This document shows positions 56,893-64,000 of a stretch of DNA of 64,000 nt, in pieces. The notes beneath the pieces were generated by a model, which was given only the letters and a program-made list of their open reading frames with translations, was not told the DNA's origin and did no database searches. The position numbers and the translations under genes were made by a program. Source of the DNA: Granulosicoccus sp. (GTDB lineage: Bacteria > Pseudomonadota > Gammaproteobacteria > Granulosicoccales > Granulosicoccaceae); the NCBI GenBank assembly GCA_023300375.1, contig JALZWO010000086.1, positions 7,917-71,916 of the forward strand, in the 5' to 3' direction. Each line of letters opens with the position of its first letter. Position 1 is the first letter of the stretch.

Positions 56893-58077
56893 ATGAACCA
56901 GACTCTCACCGAAGCCGATCTACAGCAAGCGATGCTCAACGACGAGCTCATGCTGTACTACCAACCCAAGGTGTGTCTTCTCAGTGGGCGGCTTATTGGT
57001 GCTGAAGCATTGGTTCGCTGGTCCGATGGCGTCAACGGTATTGTGTCCCCCAGTGAGTTTCTACCTTTGGCCGAGCGCAGTGGCCTGCTACACGACCTCA
57101 CTCTACGATTGCTGGCTCAAGTTATTGATGCCAGTTCCTTGTTGCCCGTGAAAGAGCCAGCGTTGTCGCTGTCTATTAATGTCGCTCCAGACGATCTTGC
57201 TTCCAACGCTATCAGTCAGCACATTGGCAAGGCATTGGATGAAAAGAGAATTCGTGCAGACCAGTTACAAGTGGAAATAACCGAAAGTGCGGTTATGGGC
57301 AATGTGCAGAAAGTCCGTGGGGATTTACTCCGGCTTAAAGAGCTGGGTATCAGGATTCTCATGGATGATTTTGGTACGGGTTACTCCTCAATCGACAGGC
57401 TGAGCCAATTGCCATTTGATGCCTTGAAGCTTGATCAGGGAGTGGTGAAACGCATGGGTACATCGCGCCAAAATCTTAATGTGGTTCGGTCGGCCATTTC
57501 CATGGCGCGCGAGTTAGGTATGACATCGATTGCTGAGGGAGTCGAAAACGCCGAAGCGTACAAATTCCTGATAGCTCACGGTTGCGAGGAGGCGCAAGGT
57601 TTTTATATTTCTCGGCCTATGTCTTTAGGAGACTTCATTGCTTTCGCTAATCAGTCGCATGAGTTTGAAGGTTCGCAATTAGGACGGATTCATCAAGTGT
57701 CGCTTAATTTGATGCGATTTCGTAAACGATTACTCGACGCAGCGTTTTGTCGTCGATCTGGCGATGGCGCAAGCTTGGCCTCTCTTGCAGGTCCTAAAGC
57801 GTCTTTACATGTATCTGAATCAAGATTAGGGGTTTGGTATTTCGGTGTTGGTCAGCGGCTTGCCGAGTACCCTGCATTCGAGCAAATAGAGAAACCGATG
57901 CGCCGATTGCACACGCTAGGTGAGTCTTTTATCGTATTGCTCGACAAGAATGCATCGATCGAAGCGCTCGATAATGCCATCCGCAGTATCGACGATGATG
58001 TTGATCAGGTGCTCTCTTTACTTCACTCACTAGAGCGATCGCTACTTAGGGAAGGCCGTTTGCAGCAACGCCAGTAG
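56893..58077 (+). CDS. EAL c-di-GMP phosphodiesterase with a degenerate C-terminal CZB-like domain
   Basis: YYQP, EALVRW, INV, EITE, DDFGTGYSS, K, EGVE and QGF all present. C-terminus reads ESRLGVWYFGVG...KPMRRLH. Confidence 0.88.
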   Translation: MNQTLTEADLQQAMLNDELMLYYQPKVCLLSGRLIGAEALVRWSDGVNGIVSPSEFLPLAERSGLLHDLTLRLLAQVIDASSLLPVKEPALSLSINVAPDDLASNAISQHIGKALDEKRIRADQLQVEITESAVMGNVQKVRGDLLRLKELGIRILMDDFGTGYSSIDRLSQLPFDALKLDQGVVKRMGTSRQNLNVVRSAISMARELGMTSIAEGVENAEAYKFLIAHGCEEAQGFYISRPMSLGDFIAFANQSHEFEGSQLGRIHQVSLNLMRFRKRLLDAAFCRRSGDGASLASLAGPKASLHVSESRLGVWYFGVGQRLAEYPAFEQIEKPMRRLHTLGESFIVLLDKNASIEALDNAIRSIDDDVDQVLSLLHSLERSLLREGRLQQRQ

Positions 58078-58163
58078 CTATGGAGTGGCTCAAGGCATTA
58101 GCTGAAGTCGTCTAATGCCTTGGCTTTGGTTCACATTATTTCTGTATTTTTATTCGCCGTTGT

Positions 58164-59075
58164 CTACTTATCGCTTTCCCATGGGGGCGTAGGCGTGAAC
58201 TTGCCGACCATAAAGTCGGTGAATACTCTGACCTTGTTGCTTAGGTGGCGACGATGCGGATACACCAGCTGTATGGAAGAGGTATCGACAGAGTGCTCTT
58301 GCAGGATAGGTACTGCCTCACCTGACAGTAGCGATGGCTGTACAACGTACGTTGCCAATCTGGCGATGCCCAACCCGGCTTTGACTGCTTCGTGCAGCGC
58401 AGAGGCGCTGTTGGTATGGAAATTACCTTTAACACGCTGCACCTGAATGCCGTCGTTCGTGGTGAATTCCCAATCGTTGAAATGGCTGATTGCAGAGTGA
58501 GTCAGGCAATTGTGATTGAGTAAGTCATCGGGTGTTTTAGGCGTTCCGTGTTTGGCAATGTACTCTGGAGATGCACAAATCACACGCTTGTTGACAGCAA
58601 GGCGTCTGGCCACCAGTGATTCATCGGTTAGGCCGTCGCTCATCAGTACCGCGACATCGACACTCTCTCCCACTAAATCGACAGCGCGCTCACTGAGTTC
58701 CAGTTCTACTCTGAGTTCTGGATACTGCGCCATGAATTCGGGCATGAGCTTGACCAGTTGTAGGCGAGCAAAGGCCGAAATACTGGTAATCCTTAATGTG
58801 CCACTGACTTTGTCGTGAAGTGCCATGACGGCATCTTCAGCCTGCTTGATTTCATCAAGAATAGCACCGCAACGATCATTAAAAGCATGGCCTTCTGCGG
58901 TCATGCTGAGTTTGCGTGTTGTGCGTTGAAACAGCCGTGCACCGAGCCGATCTTCAAGTCGAGTGATTAGCTTGCTTACCGCCGAGGGCGTTAGATCCAG
59001 TTCGCGCGCTGCAGCAGAGAAGCTGCCCATGTCTGCGGCTTTGGAAAACACCAGCATTTCTGTGTACTTATCCAT
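58164..59075 (-). CDS. LysR-family regulator (DmlR/CrgA-like)
   Basis: GSFSAAARELDLTPSAVSK, LFQRTTR and ICASPEY. ATG 59075. Confidence 0.93.
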   Translation of the reverse strand: MDKYTEMLVFSKAADMGSFSAAARELDLTPSAVSKLITRLEDRLGARLFQRTTRKLSMTAEGHAFNDRCGAILDEIKQAEDAVMALHDKVSGTLRITSISAFARLQLVKLMPEFMAQYPELRVELELSERAVDLVGESVDVAVLMSDGLTDESLVARRLAVNKRVICASPEYIAKHGTPKTPDDLLNHNCLTHSAISHFNDWEFTTNDGIQVQRVKGNFHTNSASALHEAVKAGLGIARLATYVVQPSLLSGEAVPILQEHSVDTSSIQLVYPHRRHLSNKVRVFTDFMVGKFTPTPPWESDK

Positions 59076-59322
59076 TATTTCCCGTTGTATCTGTGCAGTT
59101 GAGTCACGATTGATGAAGGCATGCGTGAATAGCACCTAGTATACTAAGTAATAACACTTGTGCTAGCTACAGTAAAAAATACTCAACGCCCCATTAAATC
59201 GTGCCTTAGCGAAATAAACCAGAATTTACATTGTGCAAGTTGATGTAGCTACATCGATATAAATGGCTCAAATCGTTTGATCCCGTACACTGGTGTGCCT
59301 CTCATTGGTTGCTTAATTTTTC

Positions 59323-61185
59323 GTGTTTCGCTTCTTTGAAAATCTGATTGACCCAATGAGTGGGCAGAACGTCCGGTGCCCTCCAGATACAACGTTGGCG
59401 TTTTTCCGTTGCTATCTGCAGCCTCACCGCAAAGTGCTCTTAGCGACCTTGGTGCTTGCAGGCATTGCCGCCGTCAGTGAATTATTTGTTTATATCTACC
59501 TAGGTCAGATTATTGATTGGATGAGCGCTGGCGAGCGTGGGGGTTTCATGCGGCAACATGGCGCAGCATTTGTCTGGATGTTTGTGGTGGTTGTGCTCGT
59601 TCGCCCCGCCGCCTTGCTAGCCAGCAGAGCGCTGATTAACTTGGCTTTAGCCCCTGGTTTATCCAACTCTACCCGTTGGCAAAACCATCGCTACGTTCTT
59701 CGGCAGAGCATGAGTTTTTTTCAAAATGACTTTGCGGGCCGTATTGCTCAAAAGGTTTACCAAACAGGTCATGCGCTTCGCGAGGCCGCGCTGAATATTA
59801 TTGATGGCGTCTGGTTACTGCTGATCTATCTTGCAGGTACTCTCATTTTCTTTTTTGATGCTAATACGCTGTTGTTGTGGCCTGTGATTCTCTGGAGTAT
59901 TGGGTATGTGTTAGTGATTGTGTACATGGTGCCGCCAGTCAGGGCCAAGTCAGCAAGTCTGTCTGAAGCTAATTCAGGACTCATTGGCCGTGTGGTAGAC
60001 AGTTACACCAATATTCAATCGGTCAAACTGTTCGCCCATCATTCGCTTGAGGAAGATTTTGCTGGTGAGGGATTACGGAAACACACCACAGCGTTTCGTG
60101 TGCTCATGCGTGCCATTTTGCAGATGACGATCACGCTGACTGTGCTGAATACGATCCTTATCGCCGGCACAGTGACTGTTTCGGTCTACCTCTGGCTTGA
60201 TGAGGCGGTCACGGTTGGAGAGATTGCGGTAGCCAATGGTCTTGTCATCAGACTCAATCAGATGTCAAGCTGGGTGTTGCGCACGATTACCTCATTGTTT
60301 GAAAACATTGGAACGGTGCAAAACGGCATGCAAACGATCTCGCAGCCGATGGAAATTGTGGATAAGCCAGGTGCGAACGATTTGCAGATTAAAGGTGGTC
60401 ATATTCGCTTCGAGCAAGTGAGTTTCTCGTATGACTCGCAAGCCGCGACGCCATCAGTGAATTCAAAGAAACCAACGGTTATTGTCAGGCAATGCAGTTT
60501 TGATATTAGTGCCGGTGAAAAAATCGGTTTTGTAGGTCGCTCAGGGGCTGGAAAATCAACATTGGTTAATCTGCTAATGCGTTTTCATGAGGTGGATGAA
60601 GGCGCGATAATGATTGACGAACAGAACATTGCGACGCTCAATCAGGATAGCGTGCGCTCATCAATTGGTGTGGTGTCGCAGGATACTTCATTGCTGCATC
60701 GTTCCATCAGAGAAAACATAGGCTACGGCCGTGCTGATGCCTCTGATGGGCAAATAATCGAGGCTGCTAAACGTGCTCAGGCTTATTCATTCATTGAGCG
60801 ATTGACTGATCGTCAGGGGCGCACAGGACTGGATGCTTTTGTGGGTGAACGAGGGGTTACGCTGTCAGGAGGGCAGCGTCAGCGAATTGCTATTGCACGA
60901 GTTATTCTCAAGGACGCACCCATTCTGATTCTCGATGAGGCCACATCGGCTCTGGATTCTGAAGTTGAGGCTGCAATTCAGGAGCAACTATCGCAGCTTA
61001 TGCGAGACAAAACAGTACTGGCAGTTGCGCACCGATTGTCGACAATAGCTGCCATGGATCGTCTGATCGTGCTCGATGAGGGCGCCATCGTAGAGCAAGG
61101 GAATCACCAACAGTTGATGAGTGCCGGCGGACTGTACGCTCGGCTATGGAAGCGTCAATCGGGCGGTTTTCTGGGGGTGGATTAA
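59323..61185 (+). CDS. Type IV ABC exporter (fused TMD and NBD)
   Basis: FFQNDFAGRIA, GRSGAGKS, LSGGQRQR, DEATSALD and HRLST. Confidence 0.92.
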   Translation: MFRFFENLIDPMSGQNVRCPPDTTLAFFRCYLQPHRKVLLATLVLAGIAAVSELFVYIYLGQIIDWMSAGERGGFMRQHGAAFVWMFVVVVLVRPAALLASRALINLALAPGLSNSTRWQNHRYVLRQSMSFFQNDFAGRIAQKVYQTGHALREAALNIIDGVWLLLIYLAGTLIFFFDANTLLLWPVILWSIGYVLVIVYMVPPVRAKSASLSEANSGLIGRVVDSYTNIQSVKLFAHHSLEEDFAGEGLRKHTTAFRVLMRAILQMTITLTVLNTILIAGTVTVSVYLWLDEAVTVGEIAVANGLVIRLNQMSSWVLRTITSLFENIGTVQNGMQTISQPMEIVDKPGANDLQIKGGHIRFEQVSFSYDSQAATPSVNSKKPTVIVRQCSFDISAGEKIGFVGRSGAGKSTLVNLLMRFHEVDEGAIMIDEQNIATLNQDSVRSSIGVVSQDTSLLHRSIRENIGYGRADASDGQIIEAAKRAQAYSFIERLTDRQGRTGLDAFVGERGVTLSGGQRQRIAIARVILKDAPILILDEATSALDSEVEAAIQEQLSQLMRDKTVLAVAHRLSTIAAMDRLIVLDEGAIVEQGNHQQLMSAGGLYARLWKRQSGGFLGVD

Positions 61186-61312
61186 CCGCAGTTCTGGCGA
61201 TAGTTCAGGGTTCAGCTTTATGTCAGCACAGTAAAAGAGGCTTTATTCTGGGTGCTTTGTTGTGATATACCTATGTCGGGCTTGAGTAACTACTTTAGTT
61301 TGCGATACGATA

Positions 61313-61867
61313 ATGAACAGCAAAATTCTGCGTTTGAACAAGGCAGGTACGCCGATAGCGTGGCTTAACTGGCAAGATACGGCGACTCTTATTGTCAAAG
61401 AGCAAGTGATTTGGAGCCTGGGGGATACCGTGGTGAGGGTTCGCGGTGGCTACAATAACAACGGTGAACGCTCGGAGCTTGAGCTTCCCTGTATCATTGC
61501 CTGCGATGGAAAAGTGGACAATCACCAGTTCTCTCCAGCATTGAACAACTCGTTGCTATTTGCCCGGGATCAGCAACTGTGTCTGTACTGTGGCCAGGAA
61601 TACCCGGTGTCGGAGTTGTCACGTGATCACGTTATCCCTACATCCCGTGGCGGAAAAGATGCGTGGACAAACTGCGTTACTGCCTGCCGTCGTTGCAACA
61701 ATCGAAAAGGTGATCTCAGCCCTGAAGCTGCCAACATGCAGCTGCTGGCGGTACCTTTTGTGCCAAATCGCTACGAATTTTTCTATTTATCGAATCGAGA
61801 CGTACTGGCCGATCAGATGGAATTTTTGAAAACCCGATTCTCGGCGAACGGTAGTGCTTTTATCTAG
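61313..61867 (+). CDS. HNH endonuclease (HNH_5 type)
   Basis: CLYCG, DHVIPTSRGG and NCVTACRRCNNRKG. Confidence 0.9.
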   Translation: MNSKILRLNKAGTPIAWLNWQDTATLIVKEQVIWSLGDTVVRVRGGYNNNGERSELELPCIIACDGKVDNHQFSPALNNSLLFARDQQLCLYCGQEYPVSELSRDHVIPTSRGGKDAWTNCVTACRRCNNRKGDLSPEAANMQLLAVPFVPNRYEFFYLSNRDVLADQMEFLKTRFSANGSAFI

Positions 61868-61888
61868 AGTTGTTGTGGTGGCGTTGAC

Positions 61889-63454
61889 TCAGGCAGATTC
61901 TGAATTCAATTTAATAAGCGCTTTGACAGCGAAATCTTCGAGCATTTCCTGCAGCGTTGTGTTGCCTGAGATTTGTACGACATAAGGCCCTGACACCACT
62001 ATGGCGGTGCGGTAGCTGGTCTGGGCGTCGATGGCGGTACGGTAGACATGCAGATCAATCTTGTCAGAATTTTTCGCAGCAGAGGTTTTGATCTGCAAGC
62101 GTTGGTCATCGACCACTGCCCCGAACTGTTGTGTGTTCGCGTGAAGCATGTTGGCGAATAGATCCGCAGTTTGCGAATTTTCTGCCTGTAAAATAGTCGC
62201 TTCAATGGGTGAGGCGCCAAATACTTCCTGATTATAGAATTGCATGGACACCATGCTCTGAATCAATAGTGTAAATCCGTCCACGGCGGCTTGGCGACGA
62301 ACTGGGTCCGCACGTAGATCGACGCCTTTGAGCGGTGAGGTTTCGACACCAATCCAAGGCTTACGAGCAAATTCGTGATCTACCTCTAGGCTTGCCTGAA
62401 TTAACGTCTGATTGCGTTGCTCACGCGCGATATCTGGAAAGCTTGCTGGGGCTAATATTTGAATGGGATCTTGAGGTGGGGTGCTGAGTACGTCCTCGAG
62501 AAGGCGCTTGCCATTGCTGCGTTTTGAAAGCTCCGATATAAATCGCTCACCCTCGACATACGAGTACTCTAGGACGTTTCTACTAATGGCATCGACAGAT
62601 TGAGCGAGCTCATTGGTAGTTTGGTTTGTGCTGAACATGAACTGGTCAAGCTGCTCTAGACCGCTCTCGCAATTTGCTTGTTCACATATTTGCCGAGTTG
62701 CCCATTGAGCGTGACCTTCAAAGGTGGCTGATTGCGCAAATGAGGCCCGAAAGTTAAGTGCTCGATTATCGTGAATGTTGTAACGCTTATCATCTGCCGC
62801 ATGGACAAGTTCGTGAATCAGTAGCACCAATAAGGCGGCATGTTTGGTCGCTGCGGGAAGACTAGCATCCACACTTTTTTCGTAACTGTTTAGCATAGAG
62901 CCGCTGATCAGAATGCTTGACAGGTGTGAGCTGTACAGCGCGGCATAAGTGCCATCCAGAGGATGCAGGACTTGCTGTAAAAAGTCGTTAGCAAATGCGC
63001 CAGTGCCAAATTGGCTGTTGACTAGACGTTGAGTTTCGCGGAGAACCTCCGCATTGATGGGGGCGTCGTCCACAACGTGAAGCTTTATGCTGCTTAGATC
63101 TACGTCAAGCTCTTGTTCTACCAACTCCTTGGCGGTCGCGAAATCCGTGTGGATGGTAGAGAGCCATAAGCCATTGTAGTTGCTTAGCAACGTACTGGAT
63201 TTTGTTAAATCTGGTGCGTTGAGCGAGAGCTCACTGTGGTTATCAGTGTCTTTACGCGCGGTATCGTGGTTCTGAGAATCGACCACCCGCACAGCGGGGT
63301 ATTGGTTTGGATTGTCTTGTTCTGACGGTTGACTGCCGAAGCCTTGACATCCGGACACCGTTAGCATGGCTGCCAAGCCGATAGCAGGCAGAATTAGACG
63401 TTTAGTGGAAACGCCTGAACGCTGAATGCTCTGTACATTGGCTGCTGGATTCAT
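61889..63454 (-). CDS. Lipoprotein with HEXXH zinc-metalloprotease motif (Hvo_1808-like)
   Basis: Lipobox TVSG-C, HELVHAAD, FEGHA, SYVEG..FI and PPQDPIQILAP. Confidence 0.65.
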   Translation of the reverse strand: MNPAANVQSIQRSGVSTKRLILPAIGLAAMLTVSGCQGFGSQPSEQDNPNQYPAVRVVDSQNHDTARKDTDNHSELSLNAPDLTKSSTLLSNYNGLWLSTIHTDFATAKELVEQELDVDLSSIKLHVVDDAPINAEVLRETQRLVNSQFGTGAFANDFLQQVLHPLDGTYAALYSSHLSSILISGSMLNSYEKSVDASLPAATKHAALLVLLIHELVHAADDKRYNIHDNRALNFRASFAQSATFEGHAQWATRQICEQANCESGLEQLDQFMFSTNQTTNELAQSVDAISRNVLEYSYVEGERFISELSKRSNGKRLLEDVLSTPPQDPIQILAPASFPDIAREQRNQTLIQASLEVDHEFARKPWIGVETSPLKGVDLRADPVRRQAAVDGFTLLIQSMVSMQFYNQEVFGASPIEATILQAENSQTADLFANMLHANTQQFGAVVDDQRLQIKTSAAKNSDKIDLHVYRTAIDAQTSYRTAIVVSGPYVVQISGNTTLQEMLEDFAVKALIKLNSESA

Positions 63455-63628
63455 AGGTATGGGCTGCGGTGGGTATTATTTAAAAATCAAAATTACCGCA
63501 GTGGTCAATTGTCTGTCCTATTCTAACTCCAAAAGTTTGACAAACTTCTAGGAATTGCTCGGTGTAATCACAAGCCTGAGAACTCTGACCGCCTTGTGCA
63601 GGTTTTGCACGCTAAAAAGGTCTGGGAA

Positions 63629-63656
63629 GGTGCGGCCGGCTAGGTGCGGCCGGCTA
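63629..63656. repeat. 14-bp direct tandem repeat, two copies
   Basis: GGTGCGGCCGGCTA twice. Confidence 0.9.
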
Positions 63657-63671
63657 GGTAGGGTTGTCAAG

Positions 63672-63694
63672 CGTGGTCGGCAATGCCGACCACG
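63672..63694 (-). terminator. Hairpin just after the GH16 stop codon
   Basis: CGTGGTCGGC-AAT-GCCGACCACG. Confidence 0.55.
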
Positions 63695-63704
63695 AATTCA
63701 ACGA

Positions 63705-64000
63705 CTAGCGTCTTTGGTAAGCGCGAACGTAGTCTATTTCATACTCGGCTGGAAACGTGCTGTTGTCTGGGCTGCCTGCCCATGCTCCACCCAGTGCCAG
63801 ATTCAATAAAATGTACATGCTTTCGTTAGGCACATTGCCGCTCTCAAAGGTGTTGGTAGCTACGCCGTCCACATACCAAGTGATTTTGCCTGGCTCCCAA
63901 AGCATGCCGTAGGTATGAAAATCGCTGGCGTAGTCAGCACCTCTAGCCTGGTAGCTGGGTGTTGAACGCAGGTTGAAATCTTCGAAGTAGTGAAAAGTCT
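63705..64000 (-). CDS. Glycoside hydrolase family 16, C-terminal part (5' end outside the window)
   Basis: DFHTYGMLWEPGKITWYVDG, MYILLNLALGG and EIDYVRAYQ. The frame is open to the window edge. Confidence 0.9.
   Translation of the reverse strand, partial: TFHYFEDFNLRSTPSYQARGADYASDFHTYGMLWEPGKITWYVDGVATNTFESGNVPNESMYILLNLALGGAWAGSPDNSTFPAEYEIDYVRAYQRR

Noticed and set aside
61313-61867. HNH nuclease as a defence system or homing element
   Set aside because: Stand-alone member of a common chromosomal HNH family; no methylase, repeats, intron or other defence genes nearby.
63629-63694. CRISPR-like repeats (also considered for 15047-15106)
   Set aside because: Only two abutting copies with no spacers and no cas genes.
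169-63905. The many 60-170 aa ORFs overlapping longer genes, and long N-terminal extensions in the ORF track (e.g. 8064, 15884, 26588, 43653, 48425)
   Set aside because: Antisense or off-frame shadows of well-supported CDSs with no motifs. Extensions lack homology or RBS support, and better starts lie downstream.

Overview
Gene-dense bacterial chromosomal window (about 60 CDS). No rRNA, tRNA, CRISPR array or intact mobile element was recognised. The gene content suggests a marine Gammaproteobacterium, possibly Granulosicoccus-like; this is an inference from protein similarity recalled by eye. Recognisable metabolism and housekeeping: MarR-hmgA-FAH homogentisate cluster, scoAB, GMC oxidoreductase module, comF, cobT, Prx5, ubiA, gor, ABC-F, MalY/PatB, ada, nudC, MoxR-DUF58-transglutaminase, LysR, ABC exporter, HNH and a partial GH16. 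Main candidates for follow-up: (1) a three-gene operon at 13.4-15.9 kb that looks like a miniature, barrel-less T3SS-basal-body-like envelope module (TrbH-like/OmpA-like lipoprotein, secretin N0-N1-only protein, SctD C-terminal-domain protein); (2) a TetR operon with duplicated operators that couples a Tat-exported metallo-beta-lactamase-fold enzyme to a divergent ribosomal L31 paralog; (3) a nucleosidase / SplB-like radical SAM / SDR trio; (4) two dynamin-like GTPases, one coupled to ubiA, separated by an opposite-strand cobT-prx block; (5) an ndvB-like glucan synthase coupled to an LtaS-family transferase; (6) an EAL protein with a CZB-like domain lacking most zinc ligands. Eroded scars missed by the ORF track: an internally deleted DMT pseudogene, an IS30 3' remnant that supplies the nudC stop codon, and a possible resolvase remnant. 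All family calls come from motif recognition only; no database searches were run.
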